Source: a virus
Taxonomy: Duplodnaviria > Caudoviricetes
DNA: 64,000 bases
Strand: one strand, 5' to 3'
Virus record (IMG/VR): IMGVR_UViG_3300028805_000067
Location: 71,256-135,255 of that record
The stretch's first letter is position 1. Each line of letters starts with the position of its first letter. Positions 16,529-26,876 of the stretch are shown in pieces. The notes below the pieces were generated by a model, which made no database searches, was not told where the DNA came from, and worked only from the letters and a program-made list of their open reading frames with translations. The translations under genes and the position numbers were made by a program.

Positions 16529-17947
16529 ATGCAAACATATTCTGCAATAAGTGTTCCTGAAATCATTGACCTTCAACCTTTAGATGTAACTCCATATATA
16601 TCTAAAGTAGATATAAAAGTTTTTTATCTTGGAAATAATGATAATGGTTCTTCAATTGATAAAGATACCGCATTAAAAATGGCTAAAACATTACGCGGCA
16701 ACCCTATTGTCGGTTGGTATTCAGATAAATCTGAAGATTTTGTAGATCATGGTGAAGAGTGGGTACTGAATGGCGAAGGTTTTCAAGTTAATTGTTTAAC
16801 TCAGCCATATGGTTATGTAGCACCTGATTCTAAAGTGTGGTTTCAATGGTTTAGAGAAAAAGATAGAAAAACTGGAGAAATGGTTGACCGAGAATATTTA
16901 ATGTGCAATGGTTATTTATGGACTGGTCAATTTCCCGAGGCAGCTCAAGCATATAAAGAAGGTAAAGGGCAATCTATGGAACTTGATGATGCTTCACTTC
17001 AAGGCGAATGGTCAAATGATTGGGAATTTTTCGTAATAACTGATGCAAATATTACTAAACTTTGTCTGTTAGGAGATGAAGTTGAGCCTTGTTTTGAGGG
17101 CGCATCTGTAACAGCCGCCACAACTCAGTTTTCTCTTAATGAAAATGATAGTTGGTCCAAAATGCACGCTATGATAGATGAATTAAAATTTGCATTAGAA
17201 AAAGGAGGAAAGACAATGCCAAAGCCAGATGAAAATAATTTGGACAATCAAGTTCAAAACTCTGATGAGAACTTTCAATTAGAAGGAAAGGAAGAAGAAA
17301 ATTCTTCTACTCAACTGCCTGAAACACAGTTTGATGATGGCGGCGAGGGTGGCACTGAAGGTGGAGATAATGGCTCTGCTGAAGGTGGCGAATCCGGTGC
17401 TGCAGAAGGCAATGAAGCTGGTGCTACTGAAGGTAGTACAACTGGAGAAAATACTGGTTCTTCTACTACTGATTCCAATGAAGGAGAAGGTGGAACAGAT
17501 GATGATAAAGACGATATTGATCCAGAGACAGAAGATTTACTTGATGGCACTATGAATAGTGCTCAAAAAATTTATACTCAAGAAGATGTGGATGCTTTAA
17601 ATGCACAAATTACTGAGTTACAAGAGAAATATACTGCTCTTGAAAATGAAGCAATAACTTTAAGAGAGTTTAAGTTAAGCATTGAAAGAGTAGATAAGCA
17701 AAATAAAATTGCTGAATTTACTATGTTATCTGATGAAGATAAAGCAGAAATTGTAGAAAATATTGATAAATATACAATTGATGATATTGAATCTAAACTT
17801 GCTACAATTTGTTATAAAAAGAAAATTAATTTTACATCAGATAATAATACACAAGAGTGTGGAACTACTTTTTCATTAAATACTGAATCTTATATGCCTG
17901 ATTGGGTAAGAGCAGTAAGAGAAAAAGAAGAACAAAATAAGCTATAA
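16529..17947 (+). CDS. prohead protease/scaffold fusion
   Basis: GQSMEL and LCLLGDEVEPCFEGA protease-like motifs, acidic Gly-rich linker, coiled-coil C-terminus. Confidence 0.75.
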   Translation: MQTYSAISVPEIIDLQPLDVTPYISKVDIKVFYLGNNDNGSSIDKDTALKMAKTLRGNPIVGWYSDKSEDFVDHGEEWVLNGEGFQVNCLTQPYGYVAPDSKVWFQWFREKDRKTGEMVDREYLMCNGYLWTGQFPEAAQAYKEGKGQSMELDDASLQGEWSNDWEFFVITDANITKLCLLGDEVEPCFEGASVTAATTQFSLNENDSWSKMHAMIDELKFALEKGGKTMPKPDENNLDNQVQNSDENFQLEGKEEENSSTQLPETQFDDGGEGGTEGGDNGSAEGGESGAAEGNEAGATEGSTTGENTGSSTTDSNEGEGGTDDDKDDIDPETEDLLDGTMNSAQKIYTQEDVDALNAQITELQEKYTALENEAITLREFKLSIERVDKQNKIAEFTMLSDEDKAEIVENIDKYTIDDIESKLATICYKKKINFTSDNNTQECGTTFSLNTESYMPDWVRAVREKEEQNKL

Positions 17948-17968
17948 TAATATAGGAGGAATAAAGAA

Positions 17969-18490
17969 ATGGCTACTTTAAAAAGAATTGGTTTTGGTCA
18001 AGTAGAGCCTAACCATCTTTCAGCTCCTAGAAATGGCCAGGTATATGCACAGCTTCCCGCAAAGTCTAATATTAACATTCTTGAGAATGGTCAGTTTGTT
18101 AAATATGATTATGCAACTGGCGAGTGCAATTTTACTGGTGATGGAGAATGGTATCTGGTATATAATGAAGAAAAACTTTATGATGAAAGAAAACAGGCTC
18201 ATAAAGATTGGGCTATGCAGAAAGTTAATTATGTAGATGGAGTTATGACTCCTAGAGTATTTGCTGTAAAACCTGGTGATATTTATACTACTAATTGCTT
18301 TGAAGCTAATACTAGCGATTCTGCAGAGACTACTGGTGTTTCTGTAGCAGTTAATAACTACTTTACACCTGGTACAGCTGGCTATCTTGTTGCTGGAACT
18401 ACAGCTTCCGCAAGCCCTGTATTCAAAGTTGTTAAATATTACACTATGCCCGATGGACAAGATGGTGTAAAATTACAATGCATTAAATAA
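17969..18490 (+). CDS. capsid decoration/cement protein
   Basis: Small beta-rich protein between scaffold and MCP. Confidence 0.6.
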   Translation: MATLKRIGFGQVEPNHLSAPRNGQVYAQLPAKSNINILENGQFVKYDYATGECNFTGDGEWYLVYNEEKLYDERKQAHKDWAMQKVNYVDGVMTPRVFAVKPGDIYTTNCFEANTSDSAETTGVSVAVNNYFTPGTAGYLVAGTTASASPVFKVVKYYTMPDGQDGVKLQCIK

Positions 18491-18508
18491 TGAAGGAGGA
18501 TTACAAAA

Positions 18509-19537
18509 ATGGCATTAGATAGAGAAAACCTTATCGCTTTAGCTAAAGTTGTAGCAAATGGTAATCCTTCTACTAACTTTAGTTATAATGGCGAGACACT
18601 TAGCTGTGCTGCAGCTGAAGATGTTTTAAGAGATGAATTAAGAGCACTTGCTCCTGATTATAGAACCTATAAAGAAAATCAAAATACTATTTTCGCTCTT
18701 ATTGAGCAGGTTCTTACCGATACTCTTCCTAAAGAAGTAAAACAGCAATATGGAATGTTTGCTGATGTTATTACTATTGGACAGGGTGACCAGTATGTAT
18801 TTACTCAGAAGATTACTGAAGATTCAAGAAGAAGAGCAAAGAAAAACTTCGTTACAAAAGTTGGTCTTGCTGGTAGATATGAAGTATTCATGCTTGATGG
18901 AAAGCAAGTTGAAGTTAAGACTACTGCATACGGCGGCGCTGCTAGAATCGGTCTTGAGGAGTTCCTTGATGGTAGATTTACTTTTGATCAGTTTATCTCT
19001 ATTATTAGAGAAGGTATGGCTGAGAAAGTTTATGATGAAATTATTAAAGCTCTTGACGGCGTAGTTGCTTCTATTAGACTTAGAGCTAGCAATTTCAAAT
19101 CTGAAACTGCTTTCGTAGAGGCTTCTATGGATGACCTGCTTCAAGTTGCTGATAGCTATGGTAGGGCAGATATCTTCTGTACTTACAGATTTGCTGCTAC
19201 TATGGTTCCTCAGGCTGGTTGGATTTCTAACGAGATGAAGAATAAAAAGTGGACTCAGGGTTACCTTGGCGACTACAAGGGACACAGAGTTATCGTTCTT
19301 GATCAGTCTTTTGAAGATGAAAAGAATACTGTAAAAGTTCTTAATGACCAGATTGCTTACATTATTCCTAATGGTGGTGAGAAGGTAGTTAAGATTGTCT
19401 TTGAAGGACAGGCTCTTGTTCGTGAAGTTGAAGACAATGACGATTGGTCAAGAGATTTCCAGACCTATCATAAACTTGGCGTAGCTGTTGTTGGTGTAAA
19501 TAACGGTTTCTGCGTTTATGAGAATACAGATCTGTAA
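18509..19537 (+). CDS. major capsid protein
   Basis: 342 aa, position in the head module, strongly biased codons, followed by a terminator. Confidence 0.85.
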   Translation: MALDRENLIALAKVVANGNPSTNFSYNGETLSCAAAEDVLRDELRALAPDYRTYKENQNTIFALIEQVLTDTLPKEVKQQYGMFADVITIGQGDQYVFTQKITEDSRRRAKKNFVTKVGLAGRYEVFMLDGKQVEVKTTAYGGAARIGLEEFLDGRFTFDQFISIIREGMAEKVYDEIIKALDGVVASIRLRASNFKSETAFVEASMDDLLQVADSYGRADIFCTYRFAATMVPQAGWISNEMKNKKWTQGYLGDYKGHRVIVLDQSFEDEKNTVKVLNDQIAYIIPNGGEKVVKIVFEGQALVREVEDNDDWSRDFQTYHKLGVAVVGVNNGFCVYENTDL

Positions 19538-19551
19538 TTAGATATTGAGTG

Positions 19552-19583
19552 TGAGTGAGGTACAATTGTACCTCACTCATTTT
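19552..19583 (+). terminator. intrinsic terminator after MCP
   Basis: Perfect palindrome TGAGTGAGGTACAATTGTACCTCACTCA followed by TTTT. Confidence 0.75.
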
Positions 19584-19625
19584 CTAATATCATAAGGAGT
19601 ATAAAGAGAAAAAGGAGAAAAAATT

Positions 19626-20204
19626 ATGTCAGATATAAAAACTGTAGAAATTATAAATAGAGCAACTCATTCAGTTGGTTATACAATACAAGATACTGGT
19701 GTACATAGAAGTTTTAATCCGGGTGAAGTAAAAAGATTGCCTTTAGATGAACTTAAACAATTAGCATGGACAACTGGTGGACAGCGTATTTTAGATAGAT
19801 ATTTAATTATTCCTGATGCCGCTGCAAGAGAAGAGATATTTGGTACATCTGAGGTAGAGCCAGAGTATTATTACTCAAAAGAAGATGTAGAAAATATTGT
19901 AATGAATGGTACTTTAGAACAGCTTGAAGATTGTTTAACTTTTGGTTCAGATGGAGTTAAAAAATTAGTAATAGAAGTTGCTTTTGAGAATAAGTTACCA
20001 GATATAAATAAAAGAAAATTAATTTTGGAAAAAACCAGCTATAATTTAGACAATATGATAAGATTAGATGAGGAAAATAATGAAGGCGCGGATGTCGCTG
20101 CTGATAAAGTTACAGCGCCAAAGAGAAAAGCTAGTGTTCCTGAAGTAAAAGGAAGAAAAGCTCCTACTCCTACTAATTATAAAATTGTAGCTGATAAAAA
20201 ATAA
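19626..20204 (+). CDS. hypothetical head-module protein
   Basis: ORF with RBS after MCP. Confidence 0.6.
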   Translation: MSDIKTVEIINRATHSVGYTIQDTGVHRSFNPGEVKRLPLDELKQLAWTTGGQRILDRYLIIPDAAAREEIFGTSEVEPEYYYSKEDVENIVMNGTLEQLEDCLTFGSDGVKKLVIEVAFENKLPDINKRKLILEKTSYNLDNMIRLDEENNEGADVAADKVTAPKRKASVPEVKGRKAPTPTNYKIVADKK

Positions 20205-20222
20205 ATATAAGGAGGTGCGACA

Positions 20223-20741
20223 ATGGCTGATATAATAACACCTACGCCCTTCTCTGATGTATACAATATATTTTTATCAAAATGTACTGACGATATGTAT
20301 ATGGAATTAACCGAGGCCGATACAGAAAAAATGCTGAAAAAATTATTGTTAAGCGCGCTGCATTGGTTCGAGTTCCCGCGTCAAGACATGACTGATTACG
20401 ATATTGATTTAGAAATGTTCAATATAGAATTAACAAGAGAAGAAGCTAATATAATTGCTACTTATATGGTAGTAGAATGGCTTGGTCAACAATTAGCACA
20501 TATTGATCTTGTTAGGGAAATGTATAGTGGTAGTGACTTTAAATTTACTTCACAGGCAAATCACATGGAAAAACTTAGATTACTGCGTGAGCAATATAAA
20601 CAAGAAGGTTTCCATTTGCAAAGGTTGTATAAAAGACACAAAACGGTAAATAATAAAGTATATTCCACTATGATTTTATTATCCGAATACGGAATGGATA
20701 ATTTACCAGATAATGATATATACGATATCCTTAGAGAATAG
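20223..20741 (+). CDS. putative head-tail adaptor
   Basis: Size and synteny. Confidence 0.55.
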   Translation: MADIITPTPFSDVYNIFLSKCTDDMYMELTEADTEKMLKKLLLSALHWFEFPRQDMTDYDIDLEMFNIELTREEANIIATYMVVEWLGQQLAHIDLVREMYSGSDFKFTSQANHMEKLRLLREQYKQEGFHLQRLYKRHKTVNNKVYSTMILLSEYGMDNLPDNDIYDILRE

Positions 20742-21048
20742 TAGCTCTATAGAGTTACAAATAACAGACCAAGCTAAAAGAAATTTTGATAGATTAAAAA
20801 ATCAAATTTATAAATTGTTGCCAAATAGAGAAGAAGGCTTAGACTGGGCTAGGTCTTTAGATTCTATTATAGAAGAGTTTTGCGGGATGTATAAAATACT
20901 GCAATCGCAACAAGATATAATTTTTTCTATTATATGTAAGTTAGAAGGCTTATATACTTTAACAGAGTATGAACATTATGGCTTATTTAGAAAAACTATT
21001 TTTGAATGTTTAAGTCTTGTAACTCAATTGATAAACAATGTTGGATAG
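20713..21048 (+). CDS. hypothetical neck-module protein
   Basis: Overlapping ORF within the operon. Confidence 0.55.
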   Translation: MIYTISLENSSSIELQITDQAKRNFDRLKNQIYKLLPNREEGLDWARSLDSIIEEFCGMYKILQSQQDIIFSIICKLEGLYTLTEYEHYGLFRKTIFECLSLVTQLINNVG

Positions 21049-22030
21049 AAGTGATTTAGCAGCACGATTAACCTATCATGGCGGGATTCAGCATGAACTC
21101 CGCATGCAAAATGGTAAAGAACGAGCATTAAGGCGAGCCTTAATTCATTCTTATCAAGGTTGTACTATTCAATTGGATGATGGTAGGGAATTTCGTGCAT
21201 TGATGAACCCAGTTAAGAATAGTGAAGATAAAGATATTAAACAGTTATCAATCCCATATAAAGATATACAATTAAATGATATTCCACATGGTAAAACAAT
21301 TGATGGTCGAGTTACTATTGGTATTAAGCCAGGTGATGTATTTGTTTGGAAAGAAACAAATACTCATTGGCTAGTTTTTCTTGAATTTATTGAAGAGGAT
21401 GCTTATTTTAGGGCGCAAGTTATACGATGTGATCAATGGATTATGATTGATGGTACAAAATATTGGTGTCATGTTCGCTCTGCTTTAGAGGCTACTTTAG
21501 ATTGGAAAACACAAAATTCTATTATTAGAAATAATCCTAATTATCATTTAATTATGTATATTACTCGGAATCAGCAAACAGATGATTATTTTCATAGATT
21601 TTCTAAAATAAAAGTCGGACAAGTGGAAAATACTTGGGAAGGCGGAGAACATTTTAAAAATTGGGAAATAATTAGTCGTAATCCTTATGCAGGGGATGGA
21701 GTATTAGCACTCTATCTTAAAGAAGATTATAGCAATACTATTGCAGAGGCTGAGGCGGATGCTCAACAACAAGTACCGCCGCCTCCAGAACAAGATATGA
21801 GTCTTCCATATATAGATGCTCCAAAAGAAGTAGAAATATATTCTACTTTTACTGCTATTCTTCATAATGTATCTGATTTATCTGGCTCTTGGTCTATAAG
21901 TAATACTAAGGCAAAAATTGTAGAAAATTTAAATGATTCAGTGCAGATTAAAGTAGTTACAGGTAAATCAGGTACTTTTGATATAAAATATGGTGATTTA
22001 ATACATACTGTTAAAATATTGCCAGCATAG
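21038..22030 (+). CDS. putative head closure/neck protein
   Basis: Synteny; GDVFVWKETNTHWLV beta-rich segment. Confidence 0.55.
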   Translation: MLDRSDLAARLTYHGGIQHELRMQNGKERALRRALIHSYQGCTIQLDDGREFRALMNPVKNSEDKDIKQLSIPYKDIQLNDIPHGKTIDGRVTIGIKPGDVFVWKETNTHWLVFLEFIEEDAYFRAQVIRCDQWIMIDGTKYWCHVRSALEATLDWKTQNSIIRNNPNYHLIMYITRNQQTDDYFHRFSKIKVGQVENTWEGGEHFKNWEIISRNPYAGDGVLALYLKEDYSNTIAEAEADAQQQVPPPPEQDMSLPYIDAPKEVEIYSTFTAILHNVSDLSGSWSISNTKAKIVENLNDSVQIKVVTGKSGTFDIKYGDLIHTVKILPA

Positions 22031-22048
22031 AGTTAAAGGAGAGCAAAA

Positions 22049-22627
22049 ATGAGAAGGGATGCTTTTAAAGTATGTAAATCTTCTTTTCTTCTTTGTGAAA
22101 AGGATATAGAAAGAATACTGGCAAAATTATTTACAGAATCTAATCCTTATAGTGAAGATTTAATAAGATTGCTAGTAATTAATACTAAAGACTGTTTAGA
22201 TAATAAAACAAGTGAAGTCTATAATCAAAAAATAAAAGAAATGACATTACCTAAATTATTAAAAGAAGGTTATGTTAAAATAGTTCCTAAAATGCTTATT
22301 CCAGAACATGAAGAAATTAAATCTTATATTATCATTTCATTTGATAATTTTACACCTACTAGTAATCCACAGTTTAGAGATTGTGTAGTTCATTTTGATA
22401 TTATATGTCATACCGATTATTGGGATTTAGGCGATTATCGTTTAAGACCATTTAAGATTGCAGGTATTATTGATGGGTTGCTAGATAACACTAAGTTAAC
22501 AGGTATAGGTACTTTTCAGTTTTTAGGTTGTAATGAGTTAATTCTGAATGAAGAATTATCAGGCTACTCTTTAATGTTCGCCGCAGTACATGGTTCTGAT
22601 GACTGGATACCAGATAAAGAACAATGA
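22049..22627 (+). CDS. putative tail terminator/completion protein
   Basis: Synteny; FDIICH..RPFKIAGIID. Confidence 0.55.
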   Translation: MRRDAFKVCKSSFLLCEKDIERILAKLFTESNPYSEDLIRLLVINTKDCLDNKTSEVYNQKIKEMTLPKLLKEGYVKIVPKMLIPEHEEIKSYIIISFDNFTPTSNPQFRDCVVHFDIICHTDYWDLGDYRLRPFKIAGIIDGLLDNTKLTGIGTFQFLGCNELILNEELSGYSLMFAAVHGSDDWIPDKEQ

Positions 22628-23373
22628 TAGATAAATTAATATTACAGAGTGGCGCGGATGTTGCGTTTAATGAGGGGCGTTTAATGATACATCCGCCAAG
22701 CTTATATGAAATAGGTTTAATTGGTGGTGAAGTTGTTTTATGGGAAGCCTGTGATATAATAACAACTACTAAAAAAGATTTAATAGATGTGGACAAAAGT
22801 GTTTTAGATGAAATTTCTAATTTTGATATTATAATGTCAATGGTAAAAGATAAAAATATAAAGACAAGGCAAAAAATGATTAGTGTCTTTAAATTGTTTT
22901 CACTATTGTTTCCAAATAGAGAGGTTAAAATAGAAGATAAACAAATTATATTTAAATCCACTCAAGGCCAAATTGATGGATTTTTAGATACTAATAATTT
23001 TGATTTGTTTCAAAAAATAATTACAGATATTTTTGATTTGAATAAAATTAGGGGTAAGAAAGATTATAACCCTGTTAATGATGCTGCTGCAAAAATAGCT
23101 GAAAAATTAAAAAAGGCTTCTATGCGAAAAGCAAAGCAACAAAGTAAAAATAATGTAACTATTTTTGATAGGTATATTTCAATCTTAGCTGTTGGGGAAC
23201 ATAAAAATCAAACTGATTTAGTTAAATTAACTATTTATCAACTTTATGATGAATATGAGCGTTTTATGTTAAATCAAAATTATGATTATAATATTAGATG
23301 GAGAATGGCGGGTGCCACAGATATGGAAACTCCTTCAGACTGGCGCTCTGATATTCACACGGATGAAAGTTAA
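22624..23373 (+). CDS. hypothetical tail-module protein
   Basis: ORF within the operon. Confidence 0.55.
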   Translation: MIDKLILQSGADVAFNEGRLMIHPPSLYEIGLIGGEVVLWEACDIITTTKKDLIDVDKSVLDEISNFDIIMSMVKDKNIKTRQKMISVFKLFSLLFPNREVKIEDKQIIFKSTQGQIDGFLDTNNFDLFQKIITDIFDLNKIRGKKDYNPVNDAAAKIAEKLKKASMRKAKQQSKNNVTIFDRYISILAVGEHKNQTDLVKLTIYQLYDEYERFMLNQNYDYNIRWRMAGATDMETPSDWRSDIHTDES

Positions 23374-23396
23374 AATTTTTCAAGGAGGAAAAAGAT

Positions 23397-24446
23397 ATGG
23401 CTAATATTATAGCACAACGCTTTGGCGTTCGTGAAATTTGTAATGTAGTATTTAAAGCAAAAGCTCCTATGAAAATTGGTAATACCAGTTTTGTAAAAGG
23501 TCAGCCAGTACTTTATATTGATAGTGCTAAGACCTCTACACTTGAAGGAGCTGCTACTACTGTATACGCTACAGGTGGTCGTGGTAATACTAGACTTATT
23601 GCTTGGGAAGGTGAGAAAACTCTCACTTTCACAGTAGAAGATGCTCTGTTATCTCCTATTTCATTTGCAATGCTGTCTGGTGCTGGTTTGCTTGGTGGTT
23701 CAAGTACAACTGATTTAGTACATGTACATGTTACTTCTTACGCTGTTGTTTCTAAAACTACTAGTGGCGCTACTATTGACCTGAGTGATGCTCTTGCTGC
23801 TGCTGAATATATTTGTCCCGATGCTCCACTGTTCATTATGAAGAGTGCTGCAGATGGTGCTATTTATGGCGGTGTTATTGAAGCTGAAGAGCTTACTGGT
23901 GCAACTAAAGTGCTTACATTAACTTCTGATGCAGCTGCTTTAGTATCTAATGGTGATACAGTATTTGTAGATTACTATATTGTAAAACCTGAGAAGAATG
24001 TAACTGAAATGCAGATTGATATGGAGCATTTTGGTGGTTACTACTATGTAGAAGCTGATACTCTTTACAGATTCCAAGAGGATGGACAGGATTATCCTGC
24101 TATTATTACACTTCCTAATGTAAAGATTCAGTCCAACTTTACATTCTCTATGGCTGCTACTGGCGATCCTTCAACATTCACATTCACAATGGATGCTTTC
24201 CCTGGATACACTTATTTCAACAAGACCAGAAAAGTTCTCTGCGTAATTCAGGTTGTTGATGCTGCTGGTGAAGTTGCAGATATTCAGTCTGTAATGCGTC
24301 ATGGTGACGGTGTAAAGATTGCATCTCACGATGATTCAATTGGAATGTTAGATTCACTTCCTAATGATTTCATTGATAGTTCTGATATGGCATCTACTGC
24401 TGCGCCTTATGTAAAGGCTGCTAACAGTAAAGATGATACTCAGTAA
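23397..24446 (+). CDS. major tail tube protein
   Basis: Thr/Ala-rich, biased codons, C-terminal GDPSTFTFTMD, followed by a terminator. Confidence 0.75.
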   Translation: MANIIAQRFGVREICNVVFKAKAPMKIGNTSFVKGQPVLYIDSAKTSTLEGAATTVYATGGRGNTRLIAWEGEKTLTFTVEDALLSPISFAMLSGAGLLGGSSTTDLVHVHVTSYAVVSKTTSGATIDLSDALAAAEYICPDAPLFIMKSAADGAIYGGVIEAEELTGATKVLTLTSDAAALVSNGDTVFVDYYIVKPEKNVTEMQIDMEHFGGYYYVEADTLYRFQEDGQDYPAIITLPNVKIQSNFTFSMAATGDPSTFTFTMDAFPGYTYFNKTRKVLCVIQVVDAAGEVADIQSVMRHGDGVKIASHDDSIGMLDSLPNDFIDSSDMASTAAPYVKAANSKDDTQ

Positions 24447-24459
24447 TAAGAATTGAAAG

Positions 24460-24498
24460 GTGGCGGAGGTAGCTTAAATGCTGCTTCCGCCATTTTTT
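24460..24498 (+). terminator. intrinsic terminator
   Basis: TGGCGGAGGTAGC..GCTGCTTCCGCCA followed by a T-run. Confidence 0.75.
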
Positions 24499-24516
24499 GT
24501 ATTTGGAGGTGAGTAA

Positions 24517-26178
24517 ATGAGTGCTATTGGTGATTATATTTATTATACTTATCAAGATTATGTATCAGGAGCGGTTCCGCCAGAATCAGATTTTAAAAAT
24601 GCATTAAGGCATGGTGATGCGACAAAAGCATTTAATCAAAAAATGCAAAGAGTACGATCTCATATGCAGACATTGGGTGATATAGAAACAGCTCAACAAT
24701 TACAAAATTTGTATAATATGTATAGTGGTACGCAGTCTAGCAATAAAGATAATATATCACAACAAGATGTGAAAGTTCAACAACAAATTAATAAAGCTGT
24801 TCAAAAAACATTTAAAGAAAATAAAATTTCTTCTGAGTTATTTAATATTAAAGACTTAACACTTAAAAGCCCTTTAAGTGTAATTAAAAGTAATCAAGAA
24901 TTTACAAATGGTATAGAGCATCTTAAGAAAAATGCTAGTGTAGAAAAAGATTTATTAGATGATTTGCAAAATCTTTTAGATATTGCAACCAAATATAAGC
25001 CATTAATTGAATCAAATACACAAAATGTTATTATGAATGATAATGTTACTAAAAGATTAGTAATGTTACAACAATTGATTTATAAAATGCAACATGCAAC
25101 TGAAGATACATTAAAAGCCTGGGAATCTACTTTATCTGATAAACAGAAAGAGTATTTAGTGGGAGAGAAAGCATTACAAAATGCTATCAATTGGTATCAT
25201 AATAATCAATCTGCATTATCCACCGGTTTACATAGCTATAATACCGGTGATAAAGGTGGCAATAATATTTGGAACAATATATCTGTTTTAGCTCGTTCTA
25301 TCATTACCGCCAGTTCTGGTAGAGTTGGTGAAATTATTGAGTTAATTCTTCCCATTATTCCAACTATGGCTATTAGGCAAGCTGGTTACCAGATACAAAA
25401 TCCTAAACAATTGGGTAATTTAAAATCTGCTAATGTAATAGCATATAAACCAGTTAATAGTGAATTAATTACCTTTTATAATGCTCATTATAAAATTGCT
25501 CTTCCAAATAAAGAAGGAGTTTATATAGCTCAAAATGAAACCGATGGAAAAGTGGATGTAAGTTTTGATTTAGTTGATAATGAAGGAAATGTTAAACCAA
25601 TTAATATATCTGCAAAATATACATCTGGTAATGATTTTAAAATATTAACAGGTGGTGTTATGTATGATTTAGTAGCATTAGAGAACCAAAGAGATTTTGT
25701 TAATCATTATATTAATATTATGGCTCCAAAGTTTGAAAAAGGTGGCACAAAAGGAAAGGCAGCTGTTGTAAATAGTCAAGATAGCGCAAAAGAAGCTATG
25801 TATTCTTTATTATTAGCAAAAGCATTAGCTGGATATAATACATTAGGTTATTCCTCAGCTACTAATTCTATTGAAAGACAATTAGAAGTTAATTATTCTA
25901 TTATATATAGTAAAAAGCAAGGTTCGTGGATAGTAGAGCCAGAAAGTGTATTATATCAAACACTTTTAAATAATCCTTCTGCCGTTAATATTACAGGAGA
26001 GTCAAATACAAAATATTTAAAAGATTTACAACCTTTTCCTAATACTATTGTACAAATCACTAAGGATGTGGGTAATGATAAAAAGCAAATTATTAAAGGT
26101 AGAATAGCAAAGACTATTAACTTTTTACATGCTCAAAAATTAAATCTAAAAGTTAAGATGTCAGCACTGTCAAAATAA
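24517..26178 (+). CDS. hypothetical protein, possible PD-(D/E)xK-fold C-terminal domain
   Basis: 553-aa ORF with GEIIE..KVDV..NISAK motif. Confidence 0.5.
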   Translation: MSAIGDYIYYTYQDYVSGAVPPESDFKNALRHGDATKAFNQKMQRVRSHMQTLGDIETAQQLQNLYNMYSGTQSSNKDNISQQDVKVQQQINKAVQKTFKENKISSELFNIKDLTLKSPLSVIKSNQEFTNGIEHLKKNASVEKDLLDDLQNLLDIATKYKPLIESNTQNVIMNDNVTKRLVMLQQLIYKMQHATEDTLKAWESTLSDKQKEYLVGEKALQNAINWYHNNQSALSTGLHSYNTGDKGGNNIWNNISVLARSIITASSGRVGEIIELILPIIPTMAIRQAGYQIQNPKQLGNLKSANVIAYKPVNSELITFYNAHYKIALPNKEGVYIAQNETDGKVDVSFDLVDNEGNVKPINISAKYTSGNDFKILTGGVMYDLVALENQRDFVNHYINIMAPKFEKGGTKGKAAVVNSQDSAKEAMYSLLLAKALAGYNTLGYSSATNSIERQLEVNYSIIYSKKQGSWIVEPESVLYQTLLNNPSAVNITGESNTKYLKDLQPFPNTIVQITKDVGNDKKQIIKGRIAKTINFLHAQKLNLKVKMSALSK

Positions 26179-26179
26179 T

Positions 26180-26208
26180 TTGACAAAATAACAAAATTTT
26201 GTTATAAT
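26180..26208 (+). promoter_or_regulatory. sigma70 promoter inside the tail module
   Basis: TTGACA-N17-(TG)-TATAAT. Confidence 0.7.
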
Positions 26209-26237
26209 TTAGAAAAAGGATAAAAAGGAGAATAATT

Positions 26238-26774
26238 ATGAAGTTTAATGAACTACAGATAAAAAAGATTGAGCCTGAAAAAAATGTAATTACTATAAAT
26301 GGACAAAATGTTACTGTTTATGATATTATTCCAGCTCAAGAACAATTTAATCTAGTAATGGCGACGGTGGACAAATCTAAACAAAATGGAATTTATAATC
26401 CTTATTTAGTTGAATTATATTTAACTATATATATAGTGTCTGAGCATACTGATATAGAGTTTGAAGCAGATGACTGGAATGATCCTTTAGCCTTATATGA
26501 TAAAATAAAAAATAGCGGCTTATTTGGTGCTGTTGTATCAGTAATGCCTAAAGAAACAATTGAAAATTATATGAATTTCATTGATAGGGTTATTGAGGCA
26601 AAGGAAAAAACTGATTTGTCTATTGTTGCTACTATTAATAATTATTTAGAAGAGTTCCCTAAATTAATGGAGCAGGCTAGTGATATAGTAAATAATTTTG
26701 ATCCAGATAAATATCAAAATCTAGTAAATATTGCCGAAACCGTAAATGGTAATAGACCTATTCCACAGAAATAA
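26238..26774 (+). CDS. putative tail assembly chaperone
   Basis: Directly precedes the tape measure gene. Confidence 0.5.
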   Translation: MKFNELQIKKIEPEKNVITINGQNVTVYDIIPAQEQFNLVMATVDKSKQNGIYNPYLVELYLTIYIVSEHTDIEFEADDWNDPLALYDKIKNSGLFGAVVSVMPKETIENYMNFIDRVIEAKEKTDLSIVATINNYLEEFPKLMEQASDIVNNFDPDKYQNLVNIAETVNGNRPIPQK

Positions 26775-26876
26775 TTGGGCAAAACAATATAAATTATCGT
26801 CCTCTATTATTATATAAAATAATAGAGGACTTTTTCTTTTTGTAAAAAGCAATAAGAAAACAAGGAGGACAAGGAT

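Noticed and set aside
17330-17510. Gly/Glu-rich low-complexity repeats in the scaffold gene
   Set aside because: Ordinary flexible acidic linker with no nucleotide-level repeat unit
26238-26876. Programmed tail-chaperone frameshift (G/GT type)
   Set aside because: No convincing slippery heptamer or second open frame before the tape measure gene
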